The translations under genes were made by a program, and so were the position numbers. 64,000 nucleotides of DNA from an uncultured Thermococci archaeon (GTDB taxonomy: Archaea > Methanobacteriota_B > Thermococci > Methanofastidiosales > B48-G16). Within the stretch, counting starts at the first letter, position 1. Each line of letters opens with the position of its first letter. The notes below the pieces were generated by a model. It was not told where the DNA came from. It ran no database searches and saw only the letters and a list, made by a program, of their open reading frames with translations. Positions 1 through 8,843 of the stretch are shown here, one piece after another. The stretch lies in the NCBI GenBank assembly GCA_964595645.1, contig CAZQQT010000001.1, positions 224,001 through 288,000 on the forward strand. The letters are read 5' to 3'.

Positions 1-833
1 CATTTTGACCATATATCTAACAGATCAATTGGAATCTCAATGCCCGGATCTGTAGGGGCAAAGAAGAGTATTGTTCCCCCCATATCCACGGATTTCAGTG
101 CTTGATTGATTGCAGGTACAGCCCCTGTGGCGACAATCACCTTGTCAGCAAGTCGGCCATCATTGGATTCTTTGATCCGTTTTGGTACATTTTCTTGTGC
201 ATCAATGGCCATGTCCGCCCCACACTTCTCTGCCATCTTCCGTCGGAACTCCGTGATATCCGTGGCAATGATTTTTTTCGCGCCCTTGACCTGTGCAAGT
301 TGTATGTGCAGCATGCCCGAGATACCCGAGCCAATTACTGCAACGGTATCTCCTTCACTGACATCGGCGAGTCGCTGGCCCCGCACCACACAACCGAGAG
401 GCTCGATAAAGGTACCTTCTTCATAACTGACAGTGTCGGGAATTTTCAACGTTCCTCGTTGTACGTTGATCTTTGGAACTCTGAGGTATTCGGAAAACCC
501 TCCTGGATAAAAATTCGTCGATCTGAGCGTCTCGCAACAAGTTTCTCTCCCTGTCTTACAGTATCTACACGTACCGCAGGGGACATGATGAGTCACCATG
601 ACCCTCTCTCCCGGCTTAAACTTTTCCACACCCGCTCCTGTTTCCACAATCTTTCCTGTTGTCTCATGTCCGAGAACACGGGGAGCATTCTTGCGTCTGT
701 ACCATTCCATCACATCACTGCCACAGATACCCGAAGCCATGACTTTTACGAGGAGTTCGCCTTTCCCTGGAACCGGTTTTGGGACTTCCTCTATTCGTAT
801 GTCGTCGTTTGTGTAATACATGGCCACCTTCAT
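1..833 (-). CDS. Zinc-dependent medium-chain alcohol/threonine-type dehydrogenase (3' end runs off the window)
   Basis: Not in ORF track; manual translation from ATG at 833: MKVAMYYTNDDIRIEEVPKP..GICGSD..LGHE..CGTCRYCKTGRETCC (structural Zn)..VIGSGISG (Rossmann). Confidence 0.9.
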   Translation of the reverse strand, partial: MKVAMYYTNDDIRIEEVPKPVPGKGELLVKVMASGICGSDVMEWYRRKNAPRVLGHETTGKIVETGAGVEKFKPGERVMVTHHVPCGTCRYCKTGRETCCETLRSTNFYPGGFSEYLRVPKINVQRGTLKIPDTVSYEEGTFIEPLGCVVRGQRLADVSEGDTVAVIGSGISGMLHIQLAQVKGAKKIIATDITEFRRKMAEKCGADMAIDAQENVPKRIKESNDGRLADKVIVATGAVPAINQALKSVDMGGTILFFAPTDPGIEIPIDLLDIWSK

Positions 834-876
834 AGCGTACCTCTTTGTTTGGTTTATACAGCGTGGTGTACTGAGA

Positions 877-1665
877 TTATTTTTTCTTCAGCTGTTCGAA
901 CAGCTCGTTTGCTTCTTCAGCTGTCGCGTTTTCGTGAATAATAGATCCTAACGCCCGCATCATTGCCATGGGGTGCTTGTGCTGCCATACATTTCTTCCG
1001 AGGTTTACTCCGATTGCACCTTTTGATATCCCGTCGTACACAAACTCAAAGACTTCTTTTTCGGACTCAACCTTTGGGCCTCCTGCCATGACGATGGGTA
1101 CTGGACATCCCTCAACGACCTTCTCGAAGTTTTCACACCAGTAGGTCTTCACTATCTGTGCACCTAATTCCGCAGCGATTCTACATGCCAATCCCAGATA
1201 TCGAGCGTCTCTTTTTTCCATTTCTTTCCCCACGGCTGTTACAGCCATCACTGGAATACCGTACTTCTGGCCCTCTTCTACCATTTTTGATAAGTTCAGA
1301 AGTGTTTGTTTTTGGTAATCGCTGCCCACAAAAATGGAAATACCGACTGCAGCAACATTCAGTCTTGCTGCTTCCTCCATAGAGGTAGTGATACCTTCAT
1401 TGGCTAGTGATCCACCTGCCATGCTCGTTCCACCAGAGACCCTGAGGATAATTGGTGTCTCTACATCTGGCGGGATGCTGTTACGCAGTACTCCTCTTGT
1501 CACGAAAAGCCCATCGCAGTACGGCATTAAATCTTTCACGGTTTCCCATGGTTTTTCTAGTTTTGTTGTCGGCCCCTGAAAGTATCCATGGTCTATAGGT
1601 AAAAAGTGGCAGTGTCCGTCTTCCTGTATCAATCTTGATAGTCTGTTCTTCATACCCCAATCCAT
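877..1665 (-). CDS. lsrF: LsrF-like class I aldolase-fold thiolase (DhnA family)
   Basis: DWGMKNRLSRL, DHGYFQGPTT, RIAAELGAQIVKTY, GCPVPIVMAGG, LGRNVWQ closely match the LsrF signature. Confidence 0.85.
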   Translation of the reverse strand: MDWGMKNRLSRLIQEDGHCHFLPIDHGYFQGPTTKLEKPWETVKDLMPYCDGLFVTRGVLRNSIPPDVETPIILRVSGGTSMAGGSLANEGITTSMEEAARLNVAAVGISIFVGSDYQKQTLLNLSKMVEEGQKYGIPVMAVTAVGKEMEKRDARYLGLACRIAAELGAQIVKTYWCENFEKVVEGCPVPIVMAGGPKVESEKEVFEFVYDGISKGAIGVNLGRNVWQHKHPMAMMRALGSIIHENATAEEANELFEQLKKK

Positions 1666-1993
1666 ATTGATCACTTCCTTACTATCTCTTTTCGTAGTTT
1701 ACTATATTAATAATACGGTCCTCCCCTTCATACTTGCCAAAATTCGAACTCCTTCAGAAGAAACAATAGAAAAGAAAGAGTACATAAAACTTATCATAGA
1801 TGTCTTAAAGGGCGTAATTTTCGTTTAATTAAAGTTTACTATAGTTTCGTAGCAAGTCAGAGCTCCTGATGATGTTCAAATATATAAGTTCTTATTCTAA
1901 AAATACCTATAGATAGACTATTTTACGGGTTTATTGGGCACAATCCTTAGCACCGAACAAAAATTTAAAAACTGGCGGACTTGGTAGAAAATT

Positions 1994-2010
1994 CCCCGAA
2001 AATTTTATAA
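1994..2010 (+). promoter_or_regulatory. BRE/TATA promoter of dpp operon
   Basis: CCCCGAAAATTTTATAA about 60 nt upstream of ATG 2069; AGGAGG RBS at 2055-2060. Confidence 0.55.
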
Positions 2011-2068
2011 AGGAAAAAGTAATAAAGTATTATGCTACTATACTATATAGTAAAAGGAGGTTTCAAAA

Positions 2069-3958
2069 ATGAGAAAAAAAGATATGTATAAAGTTGTGGC
2101 CTTCATGGCAATGGCTGTGATGGTCTTGAGTGCTTTTAGTGGTTGCATTGGAGGGGAGGAAGAGACTCCGGCCCCTACGACCACAGCAGCACCGACAACA
2201 ACAGCACCACCGACAACAACAGCAGCACCTGAAGAACCAGGAGAAACAGAGCCACCAGAAGAAGAACATTTCAGAGAATTACCACCGGAACTTTCCGACA
2301 AATGGGAACAGTACTTTATGAACGTTGACTTTGATGGCGATGGAGTAAAGTATGTAGATGATCATTACCTTGGTAGAGACGATGCCAAAGTAGACTTTGA
2401 TGAGAAACAAGGCGGTACCTACAAGGCAATGAGCGCTGAACTTTCTACAGTAGACCCAATTCAGGTTACAGATACGGCGTCTGCTGCGCTCTGTAATAAG
2501 ATATACGACGGACTGGTACAGTTTGTCCCATACACAACGAAGGTAATGCCAGATCTGGCTAAGGCATGGGAAGTTTCCGAGGATGGAAAGGTCTACACAT
2601 TCTACATGAGAGATGATGTGTACTTCCACAACGGAGACAAGTGCACTGCCCATGACTTCGTGTTCTCTCTCGATCGAGTGACAAACCCAGACTACGCGTC
2701 TCCGCGACGATCCTTCGTCACAAACTATGTTGATACTGTTGAAGCGTTAGATGACTACACAGTAAAAATTACACTGAAGGAGCCTTTTGCTCCGTTCCTT
2801 GCGTTGCTAACGTACAACTGTTACATGGTTCTGCCGGAAGATTACGTCTCAAAGAATGAGACAGTGACTGCTGACAAAGCCGAGTACGGCTGGTACAAGA
2901 ATCCAATAGGTACAGGACCGTGGAAGTTTAAGCAGTACACCAAAGGCCTTGCTGAGTATATTCCAGGAGATCACTACACACTTGTGGCAAATGAGGATTA
3001 CCATGAGGGGCGACCGTATCTCGACCAGTGGACTGTACGGTTTGTCGAAGAAGATGATACCATCGTCCAGGCATGGAAAGCCGGACAGATCGCAGTCACC
3101 GGTGTCCCAAGTGCCTACTGGGAGGAGTTCAACGAGAAGTATAAGGATCAGTTACTCACACGCTCAGCGCTGGCAACATACTGGATGATACTGAACTGTG
3201 ATGCATGGCCGTTCAACAATGTGAAGATACGACAGGCAGTTACCTGTGCCATGGATAGAGCAGGAGTCATACAGAATCAATTCAAAGGAAGATATCGGCC
3301 GGCTCACGGACCGTTACCACCTGGCCTGTTTGGATTCTCGCAGGAGCTCTACGAAGACTACGAAGAAAACTGGACCTACAATCCAGACAAGGCGAGACAA
3401 CTTCTGGATGAAGTAGGAGCTACGGATACAGATGGAGACGGAATCCGAGAGTACGAAGGACAAGACTTGAAATTTGAGCTCTCCTCGTATGTCAGCAACA
3501 CGTACAAAGAGGCCTCAAAAGTCTGGATGGATAATCTCAAAGAGGTAGGAATTGAGATAACGTACCAGCAGTACGACTTCGCAACGATTATTGATATGAA
3601 CGACAGCGGAGACTACAAGATGCTGACACTGGGCTGGATCGCTGACTACCCAGACCCGGAGAACTTCTACATTCTCTTCGAAAGCAAGGGCATACCTGAC
3701 CCGAATGGTTCACGGTACAGTAACCCACAGGTTGATGAATGGATACAGGAGCTTAGGACGGAGAGCAACCCGGATGTACGCGAGGAACTTAGTTACAAGA
3801 TTTCGGAGACACTCCAGCGAGAGCACCCACACATCTGGTTCATGCACTCCAGAGGGACTGTCTGTGTCCATGAGTGGGTCCACAACTACGACTTTGGACC
3901 AATGGGTGGTCACCAGGAGAAACGTCTGAACATCTGGTTCGATGAGGACCACAGATAA
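2069..3958 (+). CDS. dppA: Oligopeptide/dipeptide-family ABC substrate-binding lipoprotein
   Basis: Lipobox FSGC, Thr/Ala/Pro linker, PDLAKAWEVSEDGKVYTFYMRDDVYFHNG, PIGTGPWKF, GWIADYPDP. Confidence 0.93.
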   Translation: MRKKDMYKVVAFMAMAVMVLSAFSGCIGGEEETPAPTTTAAPTTTAPPTTTAAPEEPGETEPPEEEHFRELPPELSDKWEQYFMNVDFDGDGVKYVDDHYLGRDDAKVDFDEKQGGTYKAMSAELSTVDPIQVTDTASAALCNKIYDGLVQFVPYTTKVMPDLAKAWEVSEDGKVYTFYMRDDVYFHNGDKCTAHDFVFSLDRVTNPDYASPRRSFVTNYVDTVEALDDYTVKITLKEPFAPFLALLTYNCYMVLPEDYVSKNETVTADKAEYGWYKNPIGTGPWKFKQYTKGLAEYIPGDHYTLVANEDYHEGRPYLDQWTVRFVEEDDTIVQAWKAGQIAVTGVPSAYWEEFNEKYKDQLLTRSALATYWMILNCDAWPFNNVKIRQAVTCAMDRAGVIQNQFKGRYRPAHGPLPPGLFGFSQELYEDYEENWTYNPDKARQLLDEVGATDTDGDGIREYEGQDLKFELSSYVSNTYKEASKVWMDNLKEVGIEITYQQYDFATIIDMNDSGDYKMLTLGWIADYPDPENFYILFESKGIPDPNGSRYSNPQVDEWIQELRTESNPDVREELSYKISETLQREHPHIWFMHSRGTVCVHEWVHNYDFGPMGGHQEKRLNIWFDEDHR

Positions 3959-3959
3959 A

Positions 3960-3983
3960 AATTTTTCTTTTTTTTATTTTTTG
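3960..3983 (+). terminator. Oligo-T terminator after the binding-protein gene
   Basis: TTTTTCTTTTTTTTATTTTTT directly after the dppA stop. Confidence 0.6.
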
Positions 3984-3995
3984 AGGTGAAAAACA

Positions 3996-4955
3996 ATGAG
4001 AGAATATGTTGCAAAAAAACTGGCAATTGCAGTAGCTGTGCTTTTTGGAGTATATACTATTGTGTTTGTACTTACCTTCATGGCGCCGGGAGACCCCGCA
4101 CGAGTTTCTATGGGGCAGTTCTCAAACCCAGAAACATTGGCGTTGATACGAGAGAAGTGGGGACTGGATCAACCATTTTATGTTCAGTATTATAGATATC
4201 TATCATCATTTTTACAGGGTGATTTGGGGAGATCATACCGATTTGATGTACCCGTAGCCGATCTCCTTGTTCCGCGAATTAAAATAACATTTTATTACGG
4301 ATTCTGGGCAATTCTTTTTGCTATTGGACTTTCCGTAACATTAGGAATTATTGCAGCGTATAAACAGAATACAATTATAGATAATTTCGCCGTGCTATTT
4401 TCACAGATAGGCGTTTCTATTCCAAATTTCTGGCTAGGAATGTTGCTTATAGCCATTATCTGTGTGCAATTAGGCTGGATGAATCCAGTTCCAGAGGTTT
4501 CGACGGATCAATTGTGGACATTCCCCGGTTTCTTCGTCCATATAAAACCGTACATACTGGCGATAATTACACTGGGGACAGGAATGATGGCGACAATGAC
4601 GAGAATGACCCGATCCAGTATGCTCGAAGTGATCAGAGAAGATTATATTACTCTTGCCCGATCCAAGGGACTACCGGAAAGAGTTGTGGTGTTGAAACAT
4701 GCACTGAGGAATGCACTGATTCCTGTCGTGACACTTATCGGATTCAGCTTTCTCCTCATGGTAGGAGGAGCTGTACTGACGGAGTCAGTTTTTGGGATAA
4801 ATGGGATGGGACTGCTCTATGTGATGTCTGTCCAGCAGAGGGATTACCCTGTGGTTATCGCCAGCACGCTGATCTACGCGTTTGGTGTGGTGTTCCTTAA
4901 TTTAATAGTGGACCTGCTTTACGGTTGGATAGATCCACGGGTAAGTTTGAGGTGA
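3996..4955 (+). CDS. dppB: Dpp/Opp ABC permease B
   Basis: APGDPAR, GLDQPFYVQY, GDLGRSY, TRSSMLEVIREDYITLARSKGL EAA loop, DPRV. Confidence 0.95.
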   Translation: MREYVAKKLAIAVAVLFGVYTIVFVLTFMAPGDPARVSMGQFSNPETLALIREKWGLDQPFYVQYYRYLSSFLQGDLGRSYRFDVPVADLLVPRIKITFYYGFWAILFAIGLSVTLGIIAAYKQNTIIDNFAVLFSQIGVSIPNFWLGMLLIAIICVQLGWMNPVPEVSTDQLWTFPGFFVHIKPYILAIITLGTGMMATMTRMTRSSMLEVIREDYITLARSKGLPERVVVLKHALRNALIPVVTLIGFSFLLMVGGAVLTESVFGINGMGLLYVMSVQQRDYPVVIASTLIYAFGVVFLNLIVDLLYGWIDPRVSLR

Positions 4956-4961
4956 TTGACA

Positions 4962-6212
4962 ATGACAGTAGATTCAGAGCGTATGAAAGAAGGTAGAAAG
5001 AACCAGGAGGAAGAGTATAAAGAATATTCAGAGTATGAAGTGGAAGAAGGATTTATAGAGGAAAATTTTAGTGGTGATTACGAAGCATACAAGGTATGGA
5101 AAAAAAAAGAAAATAGAAAGCTATATGCAGCATTTGCAGTGGGATTATTGATATTCTATCTAATAAAAAACTATGTGATAACACGAGAGAGGATGCCCGA
5201 ATGGAGCTATCGGTTGATTGCAGTAAGTCTTTTCCTTGTAGCATTCTACTTTTTTCTGAAGTATTTCTACCAGTGGCATATAAAGACAAACTATAGAGGC
5301 AGAGTGAATCCAATTCAGCGGTTCTTCATTAGATTTTATAGGAACAAGCTGGCAACTTTTGGGTTCTTCGTTGTACTAACATTCGTGGTACTGGCTGTGT
5401 TTGCGCCAGAGCTGGCAATTTATCCTAGAGCATACAGTGCTAAGTGGGGGGAATTTGCGCTTATACCTCCCTGTAAGGAGCATCCTTTTGGAACTGTGAC
5501 TAGTGGAGAGGATCTATTTTCACTTGTACTGTACGGTTCACGGATATCAGTCACGCTCGGACTCTCTGTCACCCTCACGAGATCCATTATAGGAATTACA
5601 CTCGGAGCCATTTCAGGATATTTCGGCGGAAAAGTTGACAAGTTTCTTAACTACATAAACGACGTGCTTATGAGTTTTCCGTTTTTACTCCTTATCATTG
5701 TGCTGGTCGGCGCACTCCGAGCAAATCCACAACTTAACCAGATAATGATAGATATAGGCAACACAATCGGCATGGACGCTCACCTTGTCATGGTTTTTGT
5801 GGCGTTATCCATATTCGGATGGCCAGGCACCTTCAGGGTTGTTAGAGGGCAGGTGCTGAGTATCAGAGAGAAGGATTATGTTGCAGCGGCAAAGTCCATA
5901 GGAGCAAGCACAAGGAGAATTATCTTTAGACACATTACAATAAATGCACTGGCTCCCGTGATAGTGCTGATGACCATAGGTATAGGAGGAATAATCCTTA
6001 CAGAATCGGGTCTGTCCTTTTTAGGGTTTGGTGCGAGTGTCACCACACCATCGTGGGGACGGCTCCTTTCTGAAGGAAATTCTTTCGTGACACAGCCACG
6101 GTACTTCTACCTCTGTGTCTTCCCAGGCATGGCAATATTTTTTGCCATACTCGGATTCACTACAATGGGGGATGGAGTACGAGACGCAATTGATCCGAGG
6201 ATGAAAATATAA
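4962..6212 (+). CDS. dppC: Dpp/Opp ABC permease C with N-terminal extension
   Basis: HPFGT, YGSRIS, REKDYVAAAKSIGAS, ESGLSFLGFG, PSWG, GDGVRDAIDPR. Confidence 0.93.
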   Translation: MTVDSERMKEGRKNQEEEYKEYSEYEVEEGFIEENFSGDYEAYKVWKKKENRKLYAAFAVGLLIFYLIKNYVITRERMPEWSYRLIAVSLFLVAFYFFLKYFYQWHIKTNYRGRVNPIQRFFIRFYRNKLATFGFFVVLTFVVLAVFAPELAIYPRAYSAKWGEFALIPPCKEHPFGTVTSGEDLFSLVLYGSRISVTLGLSVTLTRSIIGITLGAISGYFGGKVDKFLNYINDVLMSFPFLLLIIVLVGALRANPQLNQIMIDIGNTIGMDAHLVMVFVALSIFGWPGTFRVVRGQVLSIREKDYVAAAKSIGASTRRIIFRHITINALAPVIVLMTIGIGGIILTESGLSFLGFGASVTTPSWGRLLSEGNSFVTQPRYFYLCVFPGMAIFFAILGFTTMGDGVRDAIDPRMKI

Positions 6213-6224
6213 GAGGTGTTACAG

Positions 6225-7247
6225 ATGGAAGAAAGACTGTTGGAAGTAAAAGGAATGGTAACTCGATTTTTCACAGAAGATGGTATTGTGCAGGCGCTTG
6301 ACGAAGTAACATTTCATGTGAACAAAGGTGAGACATTTGCTCTTGTAGGAGAGACTGGATGCGGCAAAACAGTGACAATGCTTTCTGTGTTGGGTTTGGT
6401 ACCACCACCCGGAAAGGTGCTGGAAGGACAGGCGCTGTATCATAACGAAGAAATAAGGGAAGAAATAGGTATCAAGGAAAAAGGGCCTGTTGATCTCCTA
6501 AAATTATCAAATAAGCAGATGACAAAGGTGAGAGGGAACAGCATCACGCTCATCATGCAGGATCCTATGTCCTCTTTAAATCCCGTGTACAAGGCGGGTG
6601 ATCAGATAATGGAAGTACCTATGACCCATCAGAAGGTAAAGAAAAAAGAAGCAAGAGAAAAAATGAATAAGATCCTAGACCTGATGGAAATGATGCCGCC
6701 AGAGGATTATGCTGAAAAGTATCCCCACCAGCTTTCAGGTGGGGAGAAACAGCGGATCGTTGGAGCAATATCCTTGGTTGCAAATCCTGATATGATTGTT
6801 GCTGATGAGCCCACAACGAATCTCGACGTGACCATTCAGGCAAAAATTTTGGATCTATTACTAGATTTAAAAAAAGAACTTGGAACAACATTAGTACTGA
6901 TCACTCACAACCTTGGGATCGTAGCTGAGACAAGCGACAGGGTTGGGGTGATGTACGCCGGAAACGTCGTGGAAGAGGGAGATATCTACGGTGTATTTGA
7001 TGAGCCGATCCACCCATACACCCAAGGTCTCTTGGATGCTGTTCCAAACCCGGAAGAGAAGGATAAGCCTCTGCGGTTCATTCCCGGAAGTGTTCCCAAC
7101 CTAATACATCCACCTCCAGGATGTAGATTCCATCCAAGATGTGAGTATGCAACGGAGATATGCAGAAAAGAAAAGCCAGAGTTCAGAAAAATAAAGGAAA
7201 AGCGATTTGTAGCCTGCCACCATGCTGACCAGTTTGTAGGTGAGTGA
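6225..7247 (+). CDS. dppD: Dpp/Opp ABC ATPase D
   Basis: GETGCGKT, YPHQLSGGEKQR, ADEPTT, HPYTQGLL, GCRFHPRC. Confidence 0.95.
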   Translation: MEERLLEVKGMVTRFFTEDGIVQALDEVTFHVNKGETFALVGETGCGKTVTMLSVLGLVPPPGKVLEGQALYHNEEIREEIGIKEKGPVDLLKLSNKQMTKVRGNSITLIMQDPMSSLNPVYKAGDQIMEVPMTHQKVKKKEAREKMNKILDLMEMMPPEDYAEKYPHQLSGGEKQRIVGAISLVANPDMIVADEPTTNLDVTIQAKILDLLLDLKKELGTTLVLITHNLGIVAETSDRVGVMYAGNVVEEGDIYGVFDEPIHPYTQGLLDAVPNPEEKDKPLRFIPGSVPNLIHPPPGCRFHPRCEYATEICRKEKPEFRKIKEKRFVACHHADQFVGE

Positions 7248-7248
7248 C

Positions 7249-8232
7249 ATGTCAGTCTTAGAAGTGAACAATCTAAAAAAATACTTTCCAGTGGAAAAAG
7301 GAATTATTCGGAAAAGTACATCCTATGTCAGAGCAGTAGACGATGTGAGTTTTAAGCTTGAAAGGAATAAGACATTGGGCATTGTTGGAGAGTCAGGATG
7401 TGGGAAAACAACATTGGGAAAAACAGTTCTCAGGCTTTACGAACCAAACGCTGGTGAAATACTTTTAAACACCGATGGACATTCAATCGATGTAGCCAAG
7501 GCAAACGAGAAAGAGATGAAAATTGTAAGGAAGAATATACAGATGGTCTTTCAGGATCCCCAATCTTCACTCAACCCACGGATGGCTGTAAAAAGTATTG
7601 TTGGGGAACCACTGATCATTCTCGGTGAGATGAAGGATGCTGAAGAAAGAGAGAATCATGTGTTAGACATTCTTCAGGAAGTCGGCTTGAAAAAAGAACA
7701 TATGGAAAGGTATCCTCACGAGTTCAGTGGGGGTCAGAAACAAAGAATTGGAATTGCTCGGGCTCTCACCGTGGAGCCGGATATAATCATCCTGGATGAG
7801 CCGACATCTGCACTGGATGTGTCAGTACAGGCTCAGGTTCTTACACTGTTGAATAAACTGCAGAGATCACGAGAGATGGCGTATATGTTCATCTCCCACG
7901 ATCTTACCGTGGTACATTATGTTTCAGATCTGGTGGCAGTGATGTATCTTGGAAAGCTTGTGGAGTATGGAGACGAGAACGAGATTTTCCATAATCCTCT
8001 TCATCCATACACAAAGGCGCTTTTATCTGCAGCTCCCCTTCCAGATCCTCACGCGCGGGAGAAAAAAGAGAGAATTATTCTTAAGGGAACAGTACCAAGC
8101 CCGATGAATCCACCGCCAGGATGCAGATTCCACCCCCGATGCTTTGAGAGGAAAGGCAGTATCTGCGAAAAAGAGATTCCCGCGATGAAGAAAGTAGGAA
8201 AGGAGCACTGGGTAGCATGCTTCAATTACTGA
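7249..8232 (+). CDS. dppF: Dpp/Opp ABC ATPase F
   Basis: GESGCGKTT, YPHEFSGGQKQR, LDEPTSALD, HPYTKALL, GCRFHPRC. Confidence 0.95.
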   Translation: MSVLEVNNLKKYFPVEKGIIRKSTSYVRAVDDVSFKLERNKTLGIVGESGCGKTTLGKTVLRLYEPNAGEILLNTDGHSIDVAKANEKEMKIVRKNIQMVFQDPQSSLNPRMAVKSIVGEPLIILGEMKDAEERENHVLDILQEVGLKKEHMERYPHEFSGGQKQRIGIARALTVEPDIIILDEPTSALDVSVQAQVLTLLNKLQRSREMAYMFISHDLTVVHYVSDLVAVMYLGKLVEYGDENEIFHNPLHPYTKALLSAAPLPDPHAREKKERIILKGTVPSPMNPPPGCRFHPRCFERKGSICEKEIPAMKKVGKEHWVACFNY

Positions 8233-8242
8233 GGTGTTGAAG

Positions 8243-8836
8243 ATGAAGATGAGAAATTTCGGAATAATTTATATAATAGCAGTGTTGGTGGTAGCAGGGA
8301 TATATTATTTTAGTTTGCCCGATCAAGAGATTTACCTTAAAGAGAAAAGATGGTCGAACGATGAGAGTTCAATTGTGTTGGATGTGGAAGAGCAAATGAC
8401 GGTAATTTATACTAAAAAGGCGGAAAAAACAAGGACATTGATACCAGGGAAGGCAGACGTACCTGCAAATACTGATGTAACTCCAATAGATAAAAAAGAG
8501 AGATTTATTGAGCATATAAAAGATTTTAAAGAGTCTACTGACAATTTAGAGGTCAAAAATTATTTAGATTCTCTGATAGAAGATTTTGAAGAAATAGAAA
8601 CACGATATACAGGTGCCTTCACAGAAACATCTCTTCTGCTAAGAGTTCAGGAAATACAGCCGCCTTTAGCAGCCGGAATGGAACCTGTTATCATTGACGA
8701 GTATGAAGTAACCAAAAAGGTTTACATGGTGTACATCTACAAGAATGGCAAATGGGAACCTGCTGCCATGGCAGAAAAGGAAGGCAGTTCATGGGTCATG
8801 ACTGAGAAAATGATAGAGAGGTATATTCTTGAGTAA
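8243..8836 (+). CDS. Hypothetical N-terminally membrane-anchored protein
   Basis: About 200 aa ORF, GAGGTG RBS, single N-terminal hydrophobic helix, operon spacing. Confidence 0.7.
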   Translation: MKMRNFGIIYIIAVLVVAGIYYFSLPDQEIYLKEKRWSNDESSIVLDVEEQMTVIYTKKAEKTRTLIPGKADVPANTDVTPIDKKERFIEHIKDFKESTDNLEVKNYLDSLIEDFEEIETRYTGAFTETSLLLRVQEIQPPLAAGMEPVIIDEYEVTKKVYMVYIYKNGKWEPAAMAEKEGSSWVMTEKMIERYILE

Positions 8837-8843
8837 GAGAAAT

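Noticed and set aside
102-941. 279-aa + strand ORF
   Set aside because: Antisense shadow of the Zn-dehydrogenase on the minus strand; no motifs
1867-1872. TGATGA as a C/D-box sRNA (also near 42791)
   Set aside because: No D box (CTGA) at a suitable distance
2038-2301. Cys-rich (RCCCCCRWCCCC) and Val/Ala-rich minus-strand ORFs
   Set aside because: Antisense reading of the Thr/Ala/Pro linker of dppA, not metallothionein or RiPP precursors
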